Shown: positions 23,827 to 38,600, numbered from the whole stretch's first letter. The stretch is DNA of 63,459 bases, filler included, from Bigelowiella natans CCMP2755 (GCA_000320545.1; 5 parts of 5 records of this genome joined end to end with filler, not necessarily neighbours in it); one strand, 5' to 3'. A program made the numbers and translations. The notes: a model not told the origin generated them from the sequence alone.

Positions 23827-24434
23827 ATGCAGGCCAATACTGGGAACTCCCTGAAGATTCTGAAACAAAGTGCGTGCATCGTTATTAACATATCGCCAAT
23901 AGCATACGACATGTACAGTACAAAAGGAATCGACGTATAGAAAACAAAGAAACGGCTGCTTTTACTCCGCAGCACACCATGCATGCCAATGGCGACCCAT
24001 GATGCCTTCTCTCAGATCTCTCGCACCGCTCTTCAAGTCTCATCCGAAGACTACAGCTCTCTCCCAAACCACTGGTGATTTATTTATACATGCATCACTC
24101 TTAATGTATCACGCAACCCAGCCTTCATCAAGCACAGAAGAACAAGTGCGACGGCGAGCTTGTGTCTGCCGGGCGCAGTAGCCATCTTTACACAAACAAA
24201 ACACAGGGTAGATAGGATGAATCCATATCATTTTTTTTTGACAGGGAATTCTCGATTCACTGACGACGAGCCGATACGACCTTTCACCTTGCACGCAGCG
24301 TATGTGGTTATTCCCACAGCAAACTCAACGTTCTCCGGTACTATGCGCATCATAAAATCTGCGGAAGGGAGGGGGGGGGGGGGGGGGAGGCCCCTAGCAA
24401 CAGCACCCCGTCGATGTCATCGTCATTATTGTTC

Positions 24435-24466
<32 letters not shown>

Positions 24467-25621
24467 CCTGCTGGTGCTATCGCGTATTCAGGGTTGGATG
24501 ATACCGAAGCCAAAGCTGCCCTCGGGGATGACCTGGTAGTATCATACTTGTCACAAGCCGTAGCACCCTACTGCGGACAAGACTATTGAGGCGTTGGGAA
24601 GCTCCCTTCCTCCCCGGACACCCTCACACAGCCTCTTAACGCATAGCTAGAAACATCGCAACGATGAGTACATGTGATATGACATACGAAGTGGGCGTGC
24701 GGAGTAGTGTTTGGTAGCAGCTACTTACTTATTCATCAAATCGTGCTCACATAAGATCCTTCATGTTTCATCACTCTTGCCCATTTCGTCGTAGGTTGCT
24801 GTTTTGCAGGCTTGCGACTTGAAGAAGAGCGTGTACGATTTCGAGGCGAATAATGCCTTCAAGGTGTTTGAATGGGGGGTAGCCCTCTGTCATTCCTTCC
24901 GATGTTATGAAAGTATAAACGCCGTGTGTGTGGTGTTTGATTGTTGTTGTTGTTGTTGTTGTTGTTGCCGATTGAAGGTTCCTGGCCATCCCGCCACGCC
25001 AGAGTTTTCCAACGAATACGTGTTCCTCCCTGCGGGCACAACTTCACAATACGGTGAGAGGCGCGCACCCACCCAGAGGCATCGATCATCTGCCACACAG
25101 CATATCATCATACGGCGCGTGAGGAATGATGCCATCATGATGATGATGATGGTGATGATGATGATGACGGCGACGACGTTTAAAACGCATGCGATGTTAC
25201 GGTTTTGGGCGCTCTACTTCCATCATCGATCGCACATCTACACACACTACCACTCCTCTCTCAACGCTCGCTCGACGATTCTCCCCGTATGTTAGGTTCT
25301 CAGCCCGTGGGCTTGGTCCTTGCTACATCCTATCGATTAGCGTTAATTGCAGCGAACATGGTGAAGCTCAAGGATCTAACCCTCAAGGGAAAACCCACGG
25401 TAATACTCATAGCAATGGCTATGACTTGAATGAAAAAAGGTGGAAAAAGTGTTTGTTGTCGGCGTGACTGCCGCGACTATTTTCTAGACGCGGGCCTCAA
25501 CGCAAAAACCAATGGCGGAGGCAGCCGTTTTCTTCATCACTACCTTCCTCCCTCAATGACTCTCTCCTGCTCTCATAATAATAACTCTCATCATACTGTT
25601 GTTGCTGCTGCTGCTGCATGG

Positions 25622-25652
<31 letters not shown>

Positions 25653-25942
25653 TAACAACTTAGCTTGACCCTCGCACAGCGCCACAGCCTGATGGCTACA
25701 CTCCTTATGACTTTTTTAGAGGTAGTAACGGTAGCATCATTAGCAGTAGCATTATTGCTAGATTGGTAGTAGTAGCAGTAGTAGTGCAGTAACGATTCTA
25801 CAACTAGCAGCAGTCCTCTATACGAGTACTGGTAGCGTGACAAATAATGGATGGCGTTGTTGTATGCTATGCGGCAGGTGATAAGAAGAAGACGGATAAC
25901 ATGTTTGACAACCCAGAAGAGCTCAAAGAGGTAGGAGCTTAG

Positions 25943-25978
<36 letters not shown>

Positions 25979-26091
25979 CTATGTTTTACTTACTCTTCTC
26001 AGTCTTGAGTGGTGACTGTTTCCCCCCCCCCTCCTCCCCCATGAACAACACGTAGCGGCAGCGTTCTGTGGGGTTTTTTCCTGGGAATCTT

Positions 26092-26135
<44 letters not shown>

Positions 26136-27154
26136 GCTGTTGTAGTGATTGTTATTGTTTAATTATTAAATACGTTCGACTGTTAGATCACAGGCGAGTT
26201 TGAGAAGAAGTCTCAGTATCATTTCTACATCGAGCCTCAAACGTGCACGGCCTTTCCAGGTAGCGACCTGCGATATGCGTCTAATGTCCGGGCCTTCAAA
26301 ATTAACATAATATATAATGCATAGCAGCACGCGCACGCACACACGCCATCACGCATACTTGCACAAATGCTGTCTTGATCTGCCAGATGAGGACGGAGGA
26401 CTTGTGGTCAATCTTGCGTGCCAAGGTAAATAAGAATAGAAAGTAGTGGTAGTAGTAGTAGTTGTTGTTGTTGTTGCAACGCTTACGTGCAGTAGTAATC
26501 GATTATGGTATTGTATTATACGCGTGTAGATGCGGCTCTTCTTATGCTAGTTATTATCCCTGTTATTACTATCCTTAACACCGTCATTGCTCTTAGGAAT
26601 GGACTCTCCCCGTACGATGATATCGAGTTATCTTGGCATTCCTCAGAACCATATTCAGATGAACGCACGTACGAATGCAACCACGACGACGATGATGATG
26701 ATGATAATGACGATGATGATGATGGTGATGATGATGATGATGATGATGACGAGGAGGAAGAAGGCGAAGAGAAATGCCGCCTCATTAGCGGCAGCTGCAA
26801 CGGTGACTAATATTCTCTGATATACGTAATAAATCTGTAGGAAGAGTAGGCGGTGCTTTCGGCGGAAAGGCTTCCCGTTGTATTCCAATAGCTGTTTTGT
26901 CGAGTAAACAACGCTACATCACCAGACGTCGTCATCATCCACCCACGCACATTTTGTCACGTATTTAGAGCTAGACATTGTGGGAATGATCCGCTCGTGG
27001 TGTATGCATGCACGTTTCCCCTTGCATTATCACTATTATTATAACTAATGTGCAGCAAATGGTGTGTTGTTGTAGGCTACTGCGCATTGAAATACGAAAG
27101 ACCTGTCAGATTTGTTCTGCCACGGTGCTAAGTCAATGAGGGCCTTCATTCCTC

Positions 27155-27189
<35 letters not shown>

Positions 27190-27207
27190 ACACACACACA
27201 CACACAC

Positions 27208-27248
<41 letters not shown>

Positions 27249-27948
27249 GCATACTGCGTGATACTGGTGTGCAAAGCGATGAGGCACTTAAAAAGCTAAT
27301 CATCCCCTTCACTTGTACATCTCGTGAAACCAACGACTATATTGCCTTGACATAATCCTCGTAATGGTGGTGCTTGTGCTACACAGCGAAGTCGATATGG
27401 CGATAAATGCGGGAAGGCAAGAAATCGTACCGTCCATTTTCATAATAATACGTAAGCATAAACGGCGCCATGAAGAGTTGAAGCGGTAGAGGACACACAA
27501 TCTAGAAACTTTCCAAGTTGTTGTTGTTGGTGTTGTTGTTTCCGTGTCGTCGTCCCTCTATCTTTGCGTGGAACGTAGGCCTGTGATTACCGGGCTCTAG
27601 TCGATGAGAAAACGGGCAAGATCAAGGCCTTGAAGCTCAAGCTGCATTACGCTCAAGGTATTTAGCGCGCGCACACACACATGCGCATACACCACACACA
27701 CGCACACACACATGCGCATACACATGCGTACATAAACACGCACATAAACACATACAAATGATAGTAGTCGTGATACTCTGCTACGTGTCTTGCCGATCAG
27801 GTTCGACTAAGGACATTGGGGATATTCATATCCAGTACTACTTAGACTACTGTCTACTGCTACCACACAATTTACAACAACATCCAAAGCAGCCACAGGG
27901 CATTATAAAGCAGCAGCTAATATAACGACAAAATATCTGATTTGCTTA

Positions 27949-27990
<42 letters not shown>

Positions 27991-28100
27991 GGTTGTTTGC
28001 CAACACGATTGACAGTGTGTACCAAATCGACAACATGTTTCTGAGGGCATATATGAAGAAGACTCATGATGGTACTAGCAGTGGTAGTAGTAGCACTTTT

Positions 28101-28134
<34 letters not shown>

Positions 28135-28188
28135 GCGGTGCCTAGTGCTTTTCGGACCTAGTATATAAGAGCAGCCATGCACACGCAT

Positions 28189-28239
<51 letters not shown>

Positions 28240-28260
28240 CGCACACGCCATAATTAAACA

Positions 28261-28322
<62 letters not shown>

Positions 28323-30336
28323 GTTATTACTAAAGAAGGCATTGGTATTCGTTTGAATAGGTCCATCGACTTCAGTGCGCGGTCCTGGCCACTTTGAAGC
28401 TGTAAGTAGTAGTACCATGAATGGATCAATCACCATCCTCTGTGTAACATAATAACGATGATGATCATGATGACGATGATGACGATCCACCGATGGGATT
28501 GCATTTCTTTGAACGCATTGCTATTCCTATCCATCTTCCCCCCCCGCCCCCCCCTTTTAGGTGCTAGTGATCGAAACGATCATTGATAAAATAGCTGGTG
28601 TGTGCGGCCTACTCCCCGAAAAGGTGGATAGTAGAGGAGAGACTCGTTGGCATGCATTACATCATATTATATATATTATCCCCCCCTTTATTGCGCTAAC
28701 TGCTGGTTATTCGCGTTTTTGGTAGGTCAGAGAGGTAAACTTCCTTCCGCACAAGAAGTTTCTCGCAACGCAGGGGTGAGAGGATTCGCGCGTACGATGT
28801 TGCGTGTGCGTGCATGTATGCACCTATGGTGCTCTATGTGGTAGAGTGCTTGATGCTGGCTCGTACAAAACATATAATGCAGTGTCAAACTGTATTGAGC
28901 ATTCTCGTTTAAGAGGGTGAAACAGCATAATCACCATCAGTTTGAAAGGAGGAATCATTCCCCCAGCCCTTGTTGAAGGTCGTACACGCTCGCTCACACC
29001 CAACATACCGAGTGTATTAGAAAAGTGAGGTGGTGGCGAAAAGGAAGGGGAGGGGGTGGGAAGTGGAGGGCTAGGTTGAAATTTCCATCATCTTTATCAT
29101 CATCAGCATCTTTTTCTTCTTCTTCTTCTATACGTTTCAGTACGCTCTTTCCTTCTGATCTTCCTAATCATAATTCGTTATCCTGATCATCCTCATCATT
29201 CTCATCATCTTCTCATCATCTTCTCATCAGGCAATGGCTTCATTCCTCTATGGAACCGGCTGGTGAGGGAGTCGAAGTACTGGGAGAGAAAAGCCAAAAT
29301 CGATGAGTTTAACCGCACCAACAAGTACCGCAAACGAGGCATTGCTATCACCCCAGCACGTTATGGTATAACATGCTTCATCACACACATAAGAAGATTG
29401 GTAGCAGTATTTTATAGAAGGCCATTTTTGTTTGTCTATTTGTTTGCTTGCTTGTTTGTTTGTTTGTTTGTTTGTTGTGCTAATGAACGTAGAAGTGGGT
29501 GTGCGTGCGTACAGTCATCGATATGTGTGTCAAGTGTTGTTATTACTATTATTCTCATTCTTATTCTTATTATTATTACGACTATTTCCTGTATTAATAT
29601 CTGTTTGTAGGCATGATTCGATCAGGGGGTCACGGTGCACGTGTTGATGTTCTAGCTGATGGGAGTCTCCAAATCGCCACTTCAGGCACTCGACCGTAGA
29701 GATAGAAAGAGAAGAAGAGATGTATTATCTATATATACACGTGTGCGCGCGCGCGTGTGTGTGTGTGTGTGTGTGTGTGTAAAGTGAGAGTAAAATAAGA
29801 TAATCGAGACTGTCATGTAAGACGCGGGCAGAACTGACGATACGATGTAACTCAATCCCCCCCCCCCCCCCATCTTCCACCATTCGAACAACCATACAGG
29901 CACTGAGATGGGCCAAGGACTGCATACAAAGCTCGGGCAAACGGCCTTGGGAGTGCTGAACAAGAAGCTTGGGGTGAATATCACTCTTGACCGAATCAAG
30001 TTGAGTAGAAAACGATGATCATGATGATGAAGATGATGATGGTGATGATGATGGTGATGGGGAGGAGGAGGGGGTGTGCGGATGACAAAGTCCATTCGTA
30101 ATTACACTCATTAAATGCAAACAGCTGTCTAATATTGATGATACAGCGACGAATAATAATAATTCCTCTTCTTCTTCTTCTTCTTCTTCTTCTTCCTCTT
30201 CCTCTTGATTCGGTAGGTTTCTTAACCAAAACACCCATATGTACTGTCACGGGGCTGTTACTGGAGGCTCTACAGGTGAGGAATAAGATTACATCTACCT
30301 CCTTGACGAATGGTGTCTAACCCTGATAAGAACGAT

Positions 30337-30372
<36 letters not shown>

Positions 30373-31322
30373 GTGTGCACTGCTAAAAGACTGTGTTGTG
30401 CTATTCATGTTACATATGTGCCTGGCATGCTGATAGTAAGGCAAACGTATGTTGTTGTGTGTTGTATGTGTTGTTTGTGAATGTGTACAAAGGCTCCGAG
30501 ATGACCTGTTTTGCGGTCGAGGAGGCTTGCTTCAAACTAGCGCCAAAAATGGCGAAATTCAAGAAACTAGCACAGAAAATGGCTCAGGAGAAGGTTCTCC
30601 CTCTTTCTCGCTGTTACTCTACTGTTTCTCTCGTTTCCACCAAAAACGCAGAATGCAGGAAGCTGATATTATACAATTGCGTGTGTCCGCGTGTGCGTAT
30701 GAACGACTTATCATCAGGGAAAAGAGAAGTACGACTGGGGCGACCTGTGCGCTGCAGGGTTCTTTAATGAAAATCATCATAAATTTCTTGCTGTTGCCTT
30801 CCTCCCAATTATCCTCCTCTCCTCCTCCTCCTCCTCCTCCTCTTCTGCTGCTGCTGCGTTGCTTGACCCTGACCCTATCGTCGCTTTGTTGTGCGTATGT
30901 TGTACATGTAGATACAAAGGCCTCACGCCCTTCTGGAAGCCTGATTTCTCAGAAACAGGCTTCTATCGTCCAGAAATCAAGGATATCCTATATGAAACGT
31001 GCGGAATTTCGCTTTTTGCTCTGCTGCGGCGTGTTTTGCTTGCGCCTCGAATGTGTGTTTGCCGATGTCCCAATTGTTACAACGAACCTGAATGCTATGG
31101 TTTGCGTGCAAGACAAGTTTTACTAGTATGGTGTGATTGCGAGAGTTAACCCATGCACGCATATCGATCAGTTACGGGGCAAGCGTCGCAGAGGTAGAGT
31201 TGGATGTTTTGACTGGGGAAACCAAGCCTCTGTGCGTAAGCTACAACAACAACATCAACAACAATGACATCGCATTATCGAATAGAAGCCGTTAGGATAT
31301 TATGTATATGTATATGTGTACA

Positions 31323-31359
<37 letters not shown>

Positions 31360-31926
31360 AAGAGAGAGTAAAAGATTGAGAGGGCATGTCAGCGTGCCAG
31401 AGACACTAATGCGTATATTATCCGTCTTCATCATCCTCCCTCCCCCCCTCCCCCCCCCCCCTCGCTTCCACCTCCTCCTCCTCCTCCTTCTCTAGGTACG
31501 CGAACCTGATGTTTGATTGCGCTCCGTGTTTAAATCCCGCCATCGATATGGGGCAAATTGAAGGTATGAGAGCTAGTGAGGAATGTTAGTTGGAGAACAC
31601 ATGCCGGGGTACCTCTTTACATCTGATGCATTTGATGCAGTGTAAAGCGGTGTTATTGATGGTGCGCATAACCACGCGCAAGCCAACTGCTGTAATTTAT
31701 GTAATCGATTCTACTATTTTTTGGCCAAGGTGCGTACGTGATGGGACTAGGGCAGATACTCCTCGAGCAGCGTCGTCATTGCAAAGACACTGGGAAGCTG
31801 CTGTCCGTTAACACTTGGAGCTATAAGCCGCCTACAATGTAGTATCTTCTTCTGGCCGATAGCATTACCAGTATAGCAGATCGATCAACATGCCACCGTG
31901 CTCAGTGTGCGTTTGATTGGAACGCT

Positions 31927-31959
<33 letters not shown>

Positions 31960-32480
31960 TTCTCATATTTGTCTTTGTGCGTGTGTTTGCCGCATCATCA
32001 TCATCATCATCATCTTCATCATCATCATCATCATCATCTAGGTACGACATTCCAGAGGAGTTTCACGTAAACATTGTTGACATGAGGAAGGAGAGCTCTC
32101 ACAACGGGTGGGACTACGTAATGGGGGCCATTTCGAATACCGTTCATTCTCTCGGTAATATCATCATCATCATCAACAACAACAACAACAACAACAATAC
32201 CGCCAGCGAGTAAATAGAAGGTCTTTACGAAATTCTTTAGTCGAATGAATAGTAGTTGCAAACAGTGCAATGTTTATAGCTTGTGTGGGGGGGGGGGTGC
32301 TGTCCATGTAAGAGTCTCACGTGTTATATCATCATATATATCTTCTTCCGATGGCTATTATTCTCTGTATTATCTCCCAGGCCTCTTCCATAATGCATTC
32401 CGCAAAGGAAGTCGCTCGATTAAATCGTCCCGAGCAACAGGTGAGAAGATGTACATCTATACATGGCCATATCTATTCAG

Positions 32481-32546
<66 letters not shown>

Positions 32547-33498
32547 AAATAAAACTCACACAATCTTTTCTCTTTGAGCAAGCAAACACCGATGTACGAG
32601 CTACATATGTGCGTTGTAGTTTTGCTATTGCTGCTTTCCATGAGATTTTAGCTTATTTATCAAACGCCGTATCACTAGGGGAGCCACCTGTCCTCTTCAG
32701 CTACGCAGTGCTATCAGCGCTCCGAAATGCGGTTGATATTAACAATAAATAGTCGCTTAACTAGACGAAGAGACTTGTTTCAGTGTAGAGAGAGAGAGAG
32801 AGTAAGAAACTTTATTTGAAATGATGATGATGGCGTGTATTCCAATCTCCAACGTTCGCTCATACTCTGTAACTTTGCTGCATTATTCCCCACGTCATCG
32901 ACGGGCGAATATGCGCAATTTCGCCATCAAATCATGTAGATCTTGTCCACTGGCCGCACTCATTCGGGGACCTTGAAGATGCCAATCCCTGCCACTCCAG
33001 AGCTGGTGAGCGATATCATCTGGGGCGAGGGGCAAACGCTCAAAGGCGTTGTCGCGGATCTGAAAGAGCCTGCCGGTGAAGGTGAGATACACTGCGCGAA
33101 TGTAAGGAGCATGATCGTGATAGATTGCACGCAACTTCTGACGTTTTCTAATCCACTAATAATCCGGTCGTCATGCTGTGTTGTTTTCTCTCTGGACACG
33201 GTATATTAGCCCCTGCGGTGACGGCGGATTATCAGCCTGGCAAGGTACTCATTTTTCTGAGCGGATAGGTTTTAAGACGCTTTATGTGTAGTTTTGCAGC
33301 AGTCACTGAAGATATAGGATAGAGTGCAAGATTGATGGAATGAATTAATGCATGTGGGCGAGGCGGCCATTGATTCTTGCATGCTCCTATCAGGTTACGA
33401 CCTCCAGTTCGCGGATGGGCTCGTTGATGCCGATTCTCTTCCTCGCTGTGTGCGGCCCAGCGACGTACTTTTATGCCAAACGTACTAAAATCTTATAA
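18733..33498 (+). CDS. Aldehyde oxidase / xanthine dehydrogenase family molybdo-flavoenzyme (dozens of small exons)
   Basis: 2Fe-2S motifs GTKLSCAQGGCGAC, QCGFCTPG and GNLCRCTGYRPI; FAD region GAGVTL and QVRNLGSIAGN; Moco region QYHFYIEPQ, RVGGAFGGK, GTEMGQGLHTK, EVELDVLTGE, LNPAIDMGQIEG and SSRATGEPP. Confidence 0.95.
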
Positions 33499-33688
33499 AT
33501 TCAACGATACGCCGGGCACTTGAACATTGAGTTGAGGGTAGAGATGTAGAGATGTGATTTATCCTGTTGTTGTTACAAAGTTACGAAGTATACACGCAAT
33601 CTGTTTATTTCAATGTTCGCATACATTGGCCATGCAGGGTTACGCGCTACACTTGGAATAGTGTGTGTATGATAGACATACATGCATG

Positions 33689-33723
<35 letters not shown>

Positions 33724-34334
33724 TAAAAGAATGCGAATGAAATGCGCATGATCGCAGTGCACCTTGCATTGAATGCTATGTGTGCATGAAAGCTGTTTTT
33801 TTTATGTAGCTAGATTAGTTATATGACTGCTGGTTGAGTCCGCGCTTGAATCAAATACGTTTTACGCTACTACTACTGTGTGCTTTGTTCAGTCACAATT
33901 TACAATGTTTCGCAAGCCTTTCAATTGCTAGTGTCGCGATCATGTGTCCAAATATGTGAAACATTACAACATGCTTAGACATGAGCGAAACGACTGCTAT
34001 GACTGATCTAGTGAAATCAATAAATTCAGCATGTACGTTGCTGCAAGGATTAAAAAGTGTTTTGTAGGTATCATCGTATCGCAATACATTGTAGGGTGTT
34101 GGAGAAAGATCATTACAATACGAAATAGGGACATGACATGCATGCGCGCAGATTATTAAATTAAGACTGTATAAGCTCCAGGCGACGCCTATGTGAGTTG
34201 CAAGTAGCAGCTCTGTTTAGCTTACAACTTCCTCGTTTTCCCTCATTTTATTTACTTTACCTCCGGTGCGTGAAATGACACATGTGGATAATTAGGGCAT
34301 AATTACCCTATTGTTATGGTCGTAATAATATCTA

Positions 34335-34733
34335 CTATTCATCCTTTTTCTTCTGCAGGTCTTTCTTATTATAGTGTTTGCCGATCCCACGATTTGATGA
34401 AGCCGTCGAGGCAGCAGAAGCAGAAGGATCAACACTCCAGAGAGGAAGGAAACAAGCTGCGGCTAGTACGCTGTAAGATAATTAGAGTCATTTATTAATA
34501 ATTCTGAAGACGCTGTACGACTAACGAGCCATCAGCGGTCCGAGTATCATTGCATGGTATGTTCTTTGGGATTGAATACACAGCAACCTATTTGCAATCC
34601 AAAGCTGTGCAGTAAACCCCCATCCGTATCTGGTGATGGCCAAGAGATGTGTGCGACAAGGAGAGGCAGTAAACACAACACGTATCTTAAGCAAGTTGAT
34701 GTTTTAATCTCTATATTATATAACCTCTAAAAT

Positions 34734-34771
<38 letters not shown>

Positions 34772-34872
34772 ATAGGAGTATCTGACATTAAACACACCTT
34801 CCAACGAGCATGCTTAAAGGCGCTCCTAAAATAACAGCAGTCATCGTTATCCATTCACAACTCGTACATCGC

Positions 34873-34911
<39 letters not shown>

Positions 34912-35194
34912 CCCTGCTCGCATCATACGTAAAGCAAATTTCTATGTATATCTATTTGTATTAAACAGTTTATAGTTCCCATAATAGCACATAAAACATA
35001 TAACATATAACATGTAATGGTACCTGCAAATGCACCTCCCATTTGGCCAACAGCTTTCACAAATCCCCCAGCTAAATTGCATGAATTCAGAAACAAAAAG
35101 GAGATTGCGTTATGTAGCCTTAACCGTTAGACGCATGCTAGTTTCTATCGGAAGAAAGTAAATAGGAGAAATATTTATAGAGAATAGGGATTAG

Positions 35195-35267
<73 letters not shown>

Positions 35268-35380
35268 TATAAATTCAATTTCTTCTTCAAGAGGTACCAG
35301 TGCTCGCATTAGCAGGAGCAAGCTCACGCGCAAACAGGCCGATTAATACCTTAGAATATATAACAAGACACATCACACAC

Positions 35381-35421
<41 letters not shown>

Positions 35422-35589
35422 GATATGTACACGTATATGTGAATCGATCTGCTTACATGCGGAGCGAAGGAGAAGAAGCCTATCAACCAGTATAAAACCG
35501 AGGTTGCAGTCACGATCTTCCACAACAAATACAATAAGAGGAATGCTATCAGAGGACACTTTCATAACCACGCAGCTCTTCAAACCAGC

Positions 35590-35622
<33 letters not shown>

Positions 35623-36036
35623 TACACAATCACAGATGTCCTCACACTCTCACAAAACCATACGCATCTTAATGATCGATATCAACGAAGGCACTACCAT
35701 AGAATCATCGAGTCCTTGCGCTTTCAAATCAATGCAAAACGCCTTTGAACAAAAGGGAAAGGTGTATGTCATGTATATGTGACCAAATGCTCGATCTATA
35801 TAACTTCTCCATACTACTCTTTCCACAGTTATTTCGTCAGATGTAGTGGGCCCGCATATAGAATATATTGATATGGTGAGTTATGTAGCATATGCTGCTA
35901 CTACACAACAACAACTAATACTACTACTACTGCTAGTGCTACTACTAATATCAACTATAATACAACTACTACCGCATAGATAATTGGGGCACACATAGCT
36001 GAAAATATGCACATTATAGGCCCACGTCGGCCTGAT

Positions 36037-36079
<43 letters not shown>

Positions 36080-36990
36080 AGCTATAGCACACTCATAAAG
36101 CTAGCACACACTTAAATAACCTCCATATCCGTACTCATATCGGATGTAAGTTATTCGAAAATCATCAGAAGCTCGCCGCACACTAGTCACGTTATATGCG
36201 AGTTGACGATCCCGTCGTATATCAAAACCTACTGCATTTTCATCACCATCTCTTCTGTTTGTCCTCTCTTTCTTCTCTCCTTCTTCTTCTTCTTCTTCTT
36301 CTTCTAGATTTCCCCCTCCTCACCTTGAAACACTTTGTCGCTTGCCACCCCTCCTAACGATGGATGGTGAGGTGTACGATATCAACATTTGGGTACTTAG
36401 AACTCTCGAGAAGGTGGTTTTTGAATGGAATACAAATATCCACTTCCTCCTCCCTCCCTCCTCCTTTCTTCCCTCTGGTTACTCTCTTCAATTTGCAGCT
36501 TGGGGCGGGGCGCTCTCTACCTGCTAGTCCTCCAATGAACGCTCCCACCTCTAACATCACCTAACCCGTCGCAAGTAGCAAACATAACAGTAATCATACG
36601 ATGAATACTATGATTGCTGGTGTGGCTTCAGAGCTGCTGCAAGCCCAGTTTCGCTGAGTAATGTGCCCTGCTGCAAGGACCGCCATCAACAAGAAACTCA
36701 AGCATGTAGGCACGTAGTCGATGATGCGGTTATTACCAGGCAGCGTCCAGCTTGTGAACGTGTGAAGCCCTTCTCCTCTTTCTGCATTCGTATTGTCGTT
36801 GTCATGTTATTGTGAGTGCCGATTGAACAATGACACAAAACATATCCTTTTACGAGGTAGCTGTGTGTTATTATCATGCACGCTTATAGTGGCGGTGGTG
36901 GTGGTGGTGGTGGTGGTGGTGATGATGATGACAATGGTAATGATGAAAAGAGCACCAGTGCGACTGCTGACCAATCACCGATTCCTAGTT
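34335..36990 (-). CDS. MFS sugar-phosphate transporter, UhpC/GlpT (OPA) family, 3' half; 5' part lost at the gap
   Basis: Exons read MLEVGAFIGGLAG-GVASDKVFQG-RRGPIMCIF, GFFSFAPH-VLIGLFARELAP, GGFVKAVGQMGGAFAG-APLSML, YGWG and AAACFLPLW...KKKDE*, collinear with the C-terminal half of UhpC. Confidence 0.85.
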
Positions 36991-37104
36991 AAATGAGAGG
37001 TAGAAATAGCGTAAATCATGCTTGTCTGAAAACAACTCCTTTCTTAGTGAAACATGGAGGTAAGTAATGGCAAAATCGTTCTAGAATATATGTGTGCACA
37101 CAGT

Positions 37105-37151
<47 letters not shown>

Positions 37152-37237
37152 CCACACACACGCGAGCACACACGCACGCCCGCATACTCCCCCCCCCCCC
37201 CCCGTTTGATTTATAGCGTGCTCCTTTCTTTATTTTA

Positions 37238-37337
37238 NNNNNNNNNNNNNNNNNNNNNNNNNNNNNNNNNNNNNNNNNNNNTTAATTAATTAANNNNNNN
37301 NNNNNNNNNNNNNNNNNNNNNNNNNNNNNNNNNNNNN
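37238..37337. other. Assembly linker 44N-TTAATTAATTAA-44N
   Basis: Same structure as the other linkers. Confidence 0.97.
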
Positions 37338-37429
37338 AGAGAGAGAGAGATAGGGAGAGAATATATTCATTAAAAAGAAGTATCGAATATCGATCAGCCC
37401 CCCTCTTCGCACATTCTCGTTCTTCTTAG

Positions 37430-38051
37430 GCGGAGAGGCCGACAAAATCGTGAGGGAGAGCATATATCCCGAGGAATACCGGGAAAGATACACTGGCATC
37501 ATCGAGATGTTTGGCGAGGAGCGTAGCGATTTGTTTGCCCTGCAGGAGATGTGGGTAAGTGGCAAAAACACGCAATCCACGATATATCTGGCTTTCTTAT
37601 ACCGAACCATGATTCCCCCCCCCCCCTCCCTTCCTTCTCCGCCCTCCCTTCAACCACACCTACTGGACAATCCGTTCAGGTAGAGTCCGATGACATCCAA
37701 GAAATGTTTCAGGGTGCCCTCAAGGATAAGCTAAGGGTTTCATCCCCCCCCCCTCTCCCTCTCTCCCTATACACCTGACATACACATAACACATGCACAC
37801 CGAAGAGACGCACACATGAAGATAAACTCTCGAATCGCCCAATACATCAGCGGATATTCCATGCTAGAGCTGAAGCGCACGTCGCATTGGAGTCCCCGTG
37901 ACGACGGTCTAGGTAGGAATGATACGTGCTGCGGGAAGAACAAATGTTATGAGGCGGAGGCTTTAGGAGGAGGAGGAGAACCCTTTCAATCAGTCAATCC
38001 GCCATTCGATCAATCGATCAATCAATCATTCATTCATCAAATCAGCAAATC

Positions 38052-38084
<33 letters not shown>

Positions 38085-38385
38085 TTGGTATACAGGATTT
38101 CTAATCGGGCCGAAGTTGAATGTGCTAGACTCCCAGGTAACCATTGCTATGGGGGAAAAAACCCAAAAGAAGGCGGCGGCGTGTAGTATTTTATAGGTTG
38201 GAGTGAGGTAAAGCGCCGGTGATGATTTGGTGGTGGTGGTGGTAATGATGATGATGATGATGATGTTACGGAGAAGAGGCCGCCGATTGTAATAATGTTC
38301 CGATTATTCGTTATTGTTGTTGTTGTTGTTGTTGTTTCAGGAAATACTCTTTCAAGACTGTGGAGATCGGTGCTGCTACAGCTCT

Positions 38386-38422
<37 letters not shown>

Positions 38423-38472
38423 AGCAAAAGACGAGTGATGGCGTGTGTGCGTGTGTGCGTGCGTGCGTGTAA

Positions 38473-38508
<36 letters not shown>

Positions 38509-38563
38509 GCAGTGTTACGTAATGTTCTTTATCTCACCCCCCCTCTCTTCTCTTTCAATAATG

Positions 38564-38600
<37 letters not shown>

